64,000 nt of DNA, from positions 250,234,001 to 250,298,000 of the forward strand of contig NC_086097.1 in assembly GCF_963921235.1 (NCBI RefSeq), in the 5' to 3' direction. Source of the stretch: Mobula hypostoma. Its lineage: Eukaryota. The translations under genes and the position numbers were made by a program. Below the pieces are notes generated by a model. It made no database searches and was not told the DNA's origin. It saw only the letters and a program-made list of their open reading frames with translations. Below are positions 25,701 to 37,700 of this stretch, in pieces. Position 1 is the stretch's first letter; each line of letters opens with the position of its first letter.

Positions 25701-28700
25701 TGAGGCAGCGTGTTGTGTCCTTGAGCAAGGCACTTAACCACACATTGCTCTGCGACGACACTGGTGCCAAGGTGTATTTGCCCTAGTGCCCTTCCCTTGG
25801 ACAACATCGGTGGCATGGAGAGGGGAGACTAGCAGCATGGGCAACTGCCGGTCTTCCATACAACCTTGCCCAGGCCTGTGCCCTGAAAACCTTCCAAGGC
25901 GCAAATCCATGGTCTCACGAGACTAATGGATGCCTGTCATTAAATTGGTGTTTGTAACAAATATAATGACTATGTGATAGAGCAAGTGCACTAGGCCATT
26001 CGGCCCATTGAATTTCTCCCATTGATAACGCACTGGTAAATCAATCATTACAAAATAGAGAACACGGAATTGTCAAGAGAATTCTGTGCTTCAAATCATT
26101 TTGAAATTTAATTGCTCATGGCTCCAAATAAAAGCGGCGAACACACAGAACAATAGAACAACTATGGAGTTAAGCTGACAATTATCTTCAAACATCATTG
26201 TGTTCTCTAGTTGAACCAGAATGCATCTCCAGCTGGCCGTTGCTTTCCCGAATAATTCCTGCCAATTTTATTAGAAAATAAATTTGCAAGTTGCAGAACC
26301 TTTACCAGACAACTACTTTGGACAGCTACTTGGCAAACATATCCATTATTCATAATAAAAACAATTGCACAATTAAATGAGCTACCTCACCTCACATACT
26401 GTATGATTTTCTAAAATATACAGTTCTAATCAATGCTTCCTCAGTGTGTTAGTCATAGAACAGAAACAGGCATTTTGTCCTATCTAGTCCACGTCAAACT
26501 GTTATTCTGCCAACTCCAATCGATCTGCACCCAGACCACAGACTTCCACACCCCTCCTGTCCCTGTACTCACCCAAGCTTCTCTTAAATGTTGAAATCAA
26601 ACCTAAATCAACCACTTCTGCTGCTGGCAGCTCATTCCACATTCTCACCACCCTCTGAGTGAAGAAGTTCCCCCTCATGTCCCTTAAACATTTTACTCTT
26701 CACCCTTAACCTTGGGTGGCAGGGTGGAGATGTATCTGTACCAGAGGAGGTGTAAGGTGCTCTTTCGCTCCACTGGCCTTCAGGTCACCCTTGTGCAAGA
26801 TGCAGCACCTGCTTAGCCCCGGATCATAGTCACGTGAAGCCATGGGCGCAGGTGGTGGATGGTCGTAGGAGCAGCTGGTGCACATGACGAGTCCTGGTTA
26901 TGTGACCACTGACGCCAGGCAGACAATCTCTAATAATGGCTGGGGTCACCCATCTTGTAAAGACGCTGTCCAGAAGAAGGCAATGGCAAACCACTTCTAT
27001 GGAAAAATTTACCAAGAACAATCATAGTCAAAGGCCATGATCGCTCATGAATGCCACAATCATGGTGGTGATGATGACCCTTAACCTATGACCTCTAATA
27101 TAGTCTTACTCAACCTCAGTGCTTGCATTTACTCTACCTAAACCCTCATAATTTTGTATACCTCTATCAAATCTCCCCTCATTCTCAGGCTTTGTAGGGA
27201 AAAATATCCTAATCTATTCAGCTTTTCCCAATGACTCAGGTCTTCAAATCCTGGAACAAAGGTTTCAAAGGTACATTTAATGTCAGAGAAATGTATACAA
27301 TATACATCCTTAAATGCTTTTTCTTCACAAACATGCACGAAAAACTGAAGAGTGCCCCCAAAGAGTGAATGATAATTAAATGTTAGAAGCCCAAAGTCCC
27401 CCCTGCTCCCCTCCCTCCCGTGCGTACGTGGCAGCAAGCAACGAGCCCTCCTCCCCCCACAGGCGAGAAAAAAAAAAGCAACGGCACCCACCACTGAGCA
27501 CTCGAGCGTGCAGCAAAGACACAGAATTGTAGTACCCCAAAGGCTACTCATTCACCTGGTATTCAACATACCAAAGGCTCTCTCTCTCCCTAATAAAGGA
27601 GAAAGAGCTGTCTCAGTTTCACAGCGAGAGGGGAGACTTAACAAACAGCTCGCTGGTTTACAATATTAAAAATCTGTTGCGTCGCATTTTCCGAGCTCTG
27701 TGCCCAAAGATCTCAGGTCTCCGGGCACACAGCCTTAGATCTTCTGACTCCCACGGCACCCCAATCTCCTGCCAGGACATGACCTTCGATCCCCTTGTCT
27801 CCAGAGCCACGAGATCTTGGCCCTTCGAAGGTGAGTGAAGCTCTTAGGCCGTACCCTTGGCATATCGAATAACGGCCAGTTGAGAAACCCCGAGAGTGTG
27901 TCCCATTCCTGCAAAGAACCGAAGTCAGCGTGTAACTCCAGGTCAGGATCTTCAAAAGAATCCTGGAAAGGAAAAATAGAGATATTAAAGCTGGAAATAG
28001 AGCTGTTTCCAAAGATGCAAACAAAGGAGTGGCTGTTAGATGCCATTGACTCTCCTAACCTCTTCCTCCACTTGTAAAGGTCCTTGTAAATGGATATTGT
28101 TTTATGATTTGGTATCATAAACAGCAAATCATAATATTTTTGCAAAATCAATAGTAAATAGTTAATACCAAATCATAAAGTTCTGCCCACTATTGAGCAC
28201 GTCTACAGGGAGCGCTGTCACAGGAAAGCAGCATCCGTCATCAGGGACATCAGGCCACGCTCTCTTCTCACTGCTGCCACCAGGAAAAGGTACAGGAGCC
28301 TCAGGACTCACACCTACTAGGTTCAGGAACCCTTCACCCATCAGGCTTTTGAACTAAAGAGGATAACTTCACTGGCTGGTAATTGAAATATTCCCACAAC
28401 CTGCTGTTAAAGTACAGATGTTGGCAGATAACATATTTCACTATATGATAAGGTTTTTTTTTCTTTTTTTCTTTCTTTACCAAACAGCTTCAATCTTGGT
28501 AGTGGGCTTAGATTTTTTTTTGTATAATAATCATATTTCAATATTATGATTTAATTAAATTTACATGAATATAGGGTAATGAGATCGCAAGTGTGATTCA
28601 AATATAATGTATCATCTTTTTTGACTTGTATATCTTCATGAACTCTGTGTAGAAATTCTACTTCTATGTAGAAATTAATAAAAATATTGAAAAAGAAATG

Positions 28701-31700
28701 TTCCCACAACCAGTGGACTCACTTTCAAGGACTCTTCATCACATGCTCTCGATATTTATTGCTTATTTGCTTACTATTATTATTATAATTTCTTTCTTTT
28801 GTATTTGCACAGTTGTCTTCTGCATTCTGGTTGAACACCTAAGTTGGTGCGGTCTTTCATCGATTTTGTTATGGTTATTATTCTATAGGTTTATTGAGTA
28901 TGCCTGCAAAACAATGAATCTTAGGGCTGTATATGGTGACATATATGTACTTTGATAATTTACTTTGAACTTTGAAAATCAGTAGTTAGAAGTCATAAAA
29001 CCTTTGTAAAATTTCAAGTATTCATGAAGCATATTTACTGTATATTAATAAAAAAATAAGTTCTTCATGAATGAACTTCAACTGCCTAAACCCAATAGTC
29101 AATTATATATTAAACCAGGGGTTCCACGGACCCCTCAGTAAATGGTAGGGGTTCATAGCATAAAAAAGGTGGGAATCCCTGGTTTAAACTAGGAGAAATT
29201 AGTAAGGTAATGTCACTTCTGCTTTATCTTAAAGGAATGGAAGATGCTAGCTGTGACAAGACGGAATATTTGAGCAACTATCTGTCCAATGTTGACGACA
29301 TAATTTTGTTCCCTGGATCTCTGGGACGTATTCGACCCAGATACAGTAACAATGCCAGATGTGAGTACATTTTAGATCGGCCTTTGGTACATAAATTCTA
29401 AATCTTCATACTGGTTTTACAATGACTCATTAGCATTCTGATCAATCTGCTGTGCGTATGATCCATTAATTGGAACTTGCAGTGCTGCTGTGTGTGGACA
29501 GAATATTCTCATAGTGGATAGAATTAAATTATTATCAGTAAGTAAGAGAAATGATGGGATGCAAAGTTTGTTTTTGCTAAACCTTTATACTTTAAAAAAT
29601 GTGTACTTTAAGGGACAACAGGTCTGAAGTATTCAGATACTAAAATGTATGGGGCAATATTAATGTTTCAGTAAACATTGTACTAAGTCAAAATGCAGTG
29701 CACTCTGGTTAACTGGGACACATCGGGACCGGTACACTTTGGCCCAATTAAGTGGCTGCCCCAATTAGCCCAAGTTTCATGGAAATAGTTAAAAAGATAT
29801 AAAAGTGATGAACTGAGTAACAAATTATGTATTTAAATAAAATGCAGAACAAATTAAAACACCACCAGTACTACTACAATACTACAAAACTGTGACCAGA
29901 AAATCCGCAGATGCGGGAAATCCAAAGCCACACACACAAAATGCTGGAGGAACTCAGCAGGTGAGGCAGCATCTGTGGAAAAGTGTAAACAGTCAACGTT
30001 TCGGGCTGAGACCCTTCATCAGGATTGGCAAAAAAGATGAGAAGTCATAGCAAGAAGTTGAGGGGAGGGAAGGAAGAACTACTAGGTGATAGGTGAAACC
30101 AGGAGGGGAGGAGGGATGAAGTAAAGAGCTGGGAAGTTGACTGGTGGAAGAGATAAAGGGCTGGAGAAGGGGGAATCTGATAGGAGAGGACAGAAGGCCA
30201 TGGAAGAGAAGGAAGGGGGAGGAGCACCAGGGGGATGTTAAGGAGATAAGGTGAGGAGGGAAATGCGAATGGGAGAATGGTGAAGGGGAGGGGTCAATTA
30301 CTGGAAGCTGGATAAATTGATGTTCATGCCATCAGATTGGAGGGTGCGCAGACAGAATATAAGATGTTGCTCCTCCAGCCTGAGTGTGGTCTCATCATGG
30401 CAGCAGAGGAGGGCATGGACGATAAAACTATGTTAATTCCTAATAGTTATCGATGTAGGAATTTCTTCCACGTCATGTTCTTTTGATTGTAAATGAATAA
30501 AACAAGAGCAATGCAGACACCTCATGCAGATAATAAAACTGCCTTCATACAGTGCTGTCGATGATTGCATCCTCCAAATTTTAATTTTTATTGTAACATT
30601 CAAGATGATTGTCAATACTTTCAAATTTTTCATAGTGCCTAACTTGCTGAAGTAGTGAAATTGTTTCACTTTCACTCCTGACCGTTTCTGGCATCTCCAA
30701 GCCTGAATGCTTAAAACCACAGTGAGCAAAACAGTTCTGAATTGTCTTACTGCTTATTACTCCTCAACTATCAGGGACCAAAATCACTGCTTTTTGAACA
30801 CAAGCACACACAACTGACATCATTTAAAAACTGTTCACTCTGAACACAGTGCAATGTCTAATGGCCACACAAATATGTGCAACTGACACTGGTTAGAAAC
30901 TGTTTGGCAACATTTTCTTGTCCCAGTTAATTGGCAGAGTGTCCCAAATAAATGAAGGGAATCCTGGCTATTTTCTAGATTTGTTTTAGTTCTTCAGTTC
31001 CCAAGTAAACGGCTGCCCTTATTAACCAATGGCACAATTAGCTGAAATCCACTGTGCTACAATGGTAAAAAATCAGAGAATACCCTGCAGGTCAGGGTGC
31101 CTCTGTGGAACTAGTAGCATCGTTAATGTCAACTGTACTCTTCTTCATAGAAGCTGCCTGACCTGCTGAGTTCCTCCAGCATTTTGTGTGTGTGACTCTG
31201 GATTTACAGCATCTGCGGAACTTTTTGTGTTTAAATTTATCAATTGGAATTGGTGGCTTTCCTTCAGAAGTAACCTTCAGTTCCTGGATTGAACTAAGTG
31301 CCTGATGTGATTTTAACACATTTTTGAAGCTGATTTTCGCCAGCTAATTTAATTTTCCAGAAATGTGTAAATTCGGAATTAAAGTTATTTTACTCAAATT
31401 AACTAGTTTCACCAACTTCATTTACAGCAATATATCAAGAAGTAACTTTCCAAGTTTTACAGTAGCATATCAAGGGCTTTTCATTGAAACCAATTGAATG
31501 TTAGGTAGATAGGATGTGGAGAAGATGTTTCCCATAGTGGGGAGTCAAGGACCAGAGGGCACAGCCTCAGAATAGTGGGACGTCTATTTAGAACAGAGAT
31601 GAGGAGGGAATTCTTTAGCTAGAGGTTAGTGAATCTGTGGAATTCATTGCCACAAATGGAAGTGGAGGCTAAGTTATTGGGTGTATTTAAAGTACATGTT

Positions 31701-34700
31701 GATAGGCTTTTGATTAGTAAGGGCATTAGAGGTTACGGGGAGAAGGCAAGAGAATGGGGTTGAGAGGGATAATAAATCAGCCACAGTTGAATGGCAGAAC
31801 AGACTCAACGGGCTGAATGGCCTAATTCTGCTCCTATGTCTTCTGGTTTTTTGGTAACTTTCCAAGCTTTGCAGTACTATATCAAGGGGTAATTTTCCAA
31901 ACTAATTACCTGGAGACGACCCTGGTTTGTGCTTGCTGCAAGTCATGTTTGCTGCTGGAAAGATTTCTTTATGGAAGCAATATTTGTAGAAGGGGTATTC
32001 CTGAATCCATGGTGAAGTGTGTTATGGTTTTGATGGCTAGGTATTTTGTTATTGTCTGCACTATCTCTTGATATCAGTGCTTCCAGTCTTGCTCATTGAT
32101 GAAGTTGCCTGTGACAATTAAGTTGGACCTTAAATGTGCATGCAGGCAACTTCTTGGGCAAGTTGCCAACCTTCAGGGAAAATCTCCTGTATGCTCCCCA
32201 AACCAATTTCTAAGAGGCCATGATGAAATCTTAATTATATATTCTTTGCCAATTTCCATTCTCTTCAGGGGTCTGGCCGCCGTTTTGTCTGTTCTACTAT
32301 ATGGGGCCACTTCATAGTTTGGCAGATAGTTATGCTTGATCTTAACTAGAATCTATCTGCTGCCCAGTGCTTGTTCCCTCTGTGGGTTATCAGCATACAG
32401 TGACGGTTGTTGTAGTCTTGTTGGAGTAGGATGTTGTTTTTACAGGCTCCTCTTGGTTTGTGATGAGTTTGGAATAAAACTATTTATTCAAAATATTATT
32501 TGTTCAGTAGTTACAGCCATCTCTTGGTAGAGCTCAGTGTTGAATTCATCTAATTTGTTCAACGTATTATTTATTAAGTAATTAAAGCCACCTCTTTGGT
32601 AGCAATCACCTCAGAATTATTTAATGTATATAATTTGCTAAGTAGCTTTTATGGTGACTTTCAGTTTAACATCCAGAGTTTAAAATAAATGCAATGATCT
32701 TTTTTCACAGATGATCCAAAAGCATTGGTAGCCAACCTTACTGTGAGTATTACCACTGAAAATACTTAAACAAATAAGGATGTTTGAAATTTATCAAATA
32801 TTGATAATCATGAATTCTAGTGATCGTAGTCAGTATTTTTCCACTAATGCTCACTGCCAAGTAACTTTGAAGTAAATAAAATGTCAAGTGAAGTCCACAT
32901 TTACTGCCATTTAACTGTATACAGATATTTTGCCAAATGAAACATTTCTCTGTACAAGGTTCACAATATGTAACTCATACACATAAAGTAATATTACCAT
33001 AAATAATAAAATGTATTCCAGATGATTGACATTTAGCACAAGGTACATTAGTGACACAAGTTTAAAAAAAAACAGTGTAACACTACTGGCATTTCATACT
33101 GTATAGTGATGAGACTAGAGTGGAAGCGGGGAGTTCAGCCGTCCCGCGGCCTGGGGGAAGAAACTGTTTCCTATCCTGCCAGGCCTTGTCTTCATGGTAC
33201 AGTACCTCCTGCCTGATGGTAAGGTGGTCAAAGATATTTGTGTATAATATCTCACATGGGTGGAAGGGAGACCCTGATGATCCTCTCGGCTGTCCACGTA
33301 ATCCTTTGTAGGGCCTAATAGTCAAATACCTTGCAATTCTTGTACCAGATGGTGATGCAGCTGATCAGGACACTCAATGTGCACCTGTAAAATTAGTTAG
33401 AATCATCGGGGTGGTGGGGGGGACCTTTGTTCTCCTCAGTGGAGACACTGTAGTGCTTTTGTGACCAAAGAGGTGGTGTTGAGTGACCAGTTGAGATTGT
33501 CCATTATGTGCACACCCAGAAGCTTGGTGCTTCTAATCCTGTCCACGGAGGAGCCATTAACATGCAGTGAGGAGGGATCGGCCTACAAGTCTACAATCAT
33601 CTCTTTGGTCTTGTCCATGTTGAGACTGAAGTTGATGCGCTCGCACCATTCTACAAGTAGCTCCACCTCCCCTCTGTGAACTGTCTTGTCATTGTTGACG
33701 AGGTCAGCCACTGTTGCATTCCTCAGCAAACTTGATAATTCTGTTTGAGCTGGATCTAGCAGTACAGTCGTGCATTAGCAGTGGGCTGAGCATGCAGCCC
33801 TGGACGGCGTTGGTGCTCAGCAGTACGAAGCAGGAGATGTGTCTGCCAACATGGACTGACTTTGGTCTTTCTATCAAGAGGTCCAAGATCCAGTTACAGG
33901 GGCAGGTGTTGAGACCCATTGAGGACAGTTTATCCACCAGCTTCTGACGGCTGATTGTATTAAATGCTGAGCTAAAATCGATAAACAGCAATCTGGTGTA
34001 TGAGGAACCATTTTCCAGGTGAGACAGGGCATCATCAGCAGACCAACTGAGTGATAAGCAAACTGGAAGGGGTCCAGTGTAGCAGGAAGATGCCACTGGA
34101 CTGTAGTCACCCAGACAGGTTACCATTGCCCTCTTGGGCACCAGGATGATGGTGGCTGCCTTGAAGTTTGCGTGGGATAGTGGGCTATTCCAGAGAAATT
34201 TGAAGGAAACCAAAAGCTGGCAATTATGGAAAGACCAGAGGCCAGAGGGCATAGCCTCTGAACACATGGATGTCCCTTTAGAACGGAGATGAGGAGGAAT
34301 TTCGTCATCCAGAGGGTGGTGAATCTGTGGAATTCATTGCCACAGACAGATGTGGAGGCCAAGTCATTGGGTGTATTTAAAACAGAGGCTGATTGGTTCT
34401 TGATTAGTCAGCGTGTCAAACAAAGGTTAAGGGGAGAAGGCAGGAGAGTAGGGTTCTCCTCCATCACCCAGGGCCCAGGACATACCCTCTTCTCATTGCT
34501 ACCATCAAGGAGGAGGTACAGGAGCCTGAAGGCACACACTCAGTGTATCAGGAATTTTTCCCTGTCTTTTTGCACTACATATTTAATTTAATTTAATTTA
34601 TATATATATATGTATTTACTGTAATTTATAGTTTTTATTATTAAATATTGCAATGTACTGCTGCCACAAAACAACAAACTAGGATATTTACCGATGATAT

Positions 34701-37700
34701 TAAACCAATTCTGAGAGAGAAAATAAATCAGCCATGATCGAATGGTGTAGCGGACTCACAAGTTTTATGTTACCAGCAAATTTCAAATATTACATTTTGT
34801 TCCCCTAAGCCAAATTATTGTCATATATTAAGAGTAAATCATAAACACAAGAGATTGTGCAGATGCTGGAAATCCAAAGCAACACACACAAAATGCTGGA
34901 GGAACTCAGCAGGTCAGGCAGCATCCATGTGAGGAATAAGGAGTCGATGTTTCAGGCTGAGGCCTTTCATCAGAACTGGAAAGGAAAGGTCTTGGCCCGA
35001 AACATTGACTATACACTTCTTCATAGATGCTGCATGGCCTGCTGGGTTCCTCCAGCATTTTGTGTGTGTTGCTTGGATTTCCAGCACCTGCAGATTTTCT
35101 CGGTTTGTGATAGGAAGAGTAGATGCCAGTCTTTTAATTATCTTGGTTCGGTCCTATAAACAAAACAAAAATATGAAGGAAGTCAACAATGGTTTTGAAC
35201 GTAGGACATCGCAGTACAGGGCAGACCCTTCAGACCACAATGTTTTGCCAATCTTTTGATCTACTCCAAGATCAATCTAACCCTCCCCTCTGACATAATC
35301 CTCTATTTTTTTATCTACCTTTATCACCAACCCTGGCAATATGTTCCAAGCACTAACTACTCCCTGTTGCTTACCTCTGACATCTCCCCCCACCCCCACA
35401 ACTTTCTAATCACCTTAAACCTATGACCCCATTTCTGTCCTGGGAAAAAGTCTTTGGCTGTCCACTCAATCTATGCCTCATCATCTTGCACACCTCTGTC
35501 AAGTCACTTCTCAACTTTCTTCCCTTCGAAGAGAAAGCCCCAGCTCACAGACCCTTTCCTCATAAGACATGCTCTGCAATACAAGCAGCACCCCGGTGAA
35601 TCTCCTCTGCACCCTCTCTAAAGCTTTCACATCCTTCCTAGCATGAGGCGGCCAGAACTGAACACAAAGCTCCCAAGTGTGGTGTAACCAGGGCTTGTAG
35701 AACATAGGAAACCTACAGCACAATACAGGCCCTTTGGCCCACAATGCTGTGCTGAACATGTACTCACTTTAGAAATTACCTAGGGTTACCCATAGCCCTC
35801 TATATTTCTAAGCTCCATGTATCTATCCAGGAGTCTCTTAAAAAACCCTATCATATCCGCCTCCACCACCGTTGCCGGCAGCCCATTCCACGCACTCTTC
35901 CCTCTCTTCATTAAAAAGCTTACCCCTGACATCTTCTCTGTACGTACTTACAAGCACCTTAAAACTGTCCTCTTGTGTTAGCCTTGGGAAAAAGCCTCTG
36001 ACTATCCACACAATCAATGCCTCTCATCATTATACACCTCTATCAGGTCACCTCTCATCCTCCGTCGCTCCAAGGAGACAAAGCCAAGTTCACTCAACCT
36101 GTTCTCATAAGGCGTGCTCCCCAATCCAGGCAACATCCTTGTAAATCTCCTCTGCACCCTTTTGTTTAGATTCTGTATCCTTCCTGTAGTGAGGCGACCA
36201 GAACTGAGCACAGTACTCCAAGTGGGGTCCGACCAGGGCCCTATATAGCTGTAACATTACCTCTCGGCTCTTAAACTCAGTCCCATGGTTGATGAAGGCC
36301 AATGCACCGTATGCCTTCTTAAGCACAGAGTCAACCTGTGCAGCAGCTTTGAGTGTCTAATGGATACTTTGAGGTGTATAAGTTGATGAGAGGTATTGAT
36401 TGTGTGGATAGTCAGAGGCTTTTACCCAGGGCTGAAATGGCTAGTGAGAGAGGGAACAGTTTTAAGGTGCTTGGAAAGAGGGTCAGAGATGTCAGGGGTA
36501 AGTGGTGAGTGCATGGAATGGGCTGCCGGCAACGGTGGTGGAGGCGGATACGATAGGGTCTGGATGGTTACATGGAGCTTAGTAAAATAGAGGGCAATGG
36601 GTAAGCCTAGGTAATTTCTAAGGTAAGGACTTGTTCGGCACAGCTTTGTGGGCCGAAGGGCCTGTATTGTGCTGTAGGTTTTCTATGTTTCTATGGACTT
36701 GGACCCCAAGATCCCTCTGATCCTCCACACTGCCAGGAGCCTTACCATTAATACTATATTCTGCCATCATATTTGACCTACCAAAATGAACCACCTCACA
36801 CTTACCCGAGTTGAACTCCGTCTGCCACTTCTCAACCCAGTTTTGCGTCCTATTGATGTCCCGCTGTAACCTCTGACAGCCCTCCACACTATCCACAACA
36901 CCCTCAACCTTTGTGTCATTAGCAAATTTACTAACCCATCCGTCCACTTTCTCATCCAGGTCATTTATAAAAATCACAAAGGGAAGGGGTCCCAGAACAG
37001 ATCCCTGAGGCACACCACTTGTCACCGATCTCTATGCAGAATATGACCCTCTACAACCACTCTTTGCCTTCTGTGGGCAAGCCAGTTCTGGATTCACAAA
37101 GCAATGTCCCCTTGGATCCCTTGACTTCCTACTTTCCCAATAAGCCTTGCATGGGGTACCTTATCAAATGCCTTGCTGAAATCCATATACACTACATCTA
37201 CTACTCTTCCTTCTTCAATGTGTTTAGTCACATCCTCAAAAAATTCAATCAGGCTCGTAAGGCACGACCTGCCTTTGAGAAAGCCATGCTGACTATTCTT
37301 AATCATATTATGCCTCTCCAAATGTTTATAGATCCTGCATCTCAGGATCTTCTCCATCAGCTTACCAACCACTGAAGTAAGACTCACTGGTCTATCATTT
37401 CCTTGGCTATCTCTACTCCCTTTCTTGAATAAGGGAACAACATCTGCAACCCTCCAATCCTCTGGAATCTCTCCAGTCCCCATTGATGATGCAAAGATCA
37501 TTGCCAGAGGCTCAGCAATCTCCTCCCTCACCTCCCACAGTAACTTGGAGTATATCTCATCCGGTTCTGGTGACTTATCCCACTTGATACTTCCAAAAGC
37601 TCCAGCACATCCTCTTTCTTAATGTCTATTTGCTCAAGCTTTTCAGTCTGCTGTAAGTCATCCCTACAATTGCCAAGGTCCTTTTCTCTAGTGAATACTG

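Noticed and set aside
25635..25710. Functional tRNA gene
   Set aside because: Only A/B-box similarity; it continues into a SINE core with no convincing cloverleaf or T-run terminator
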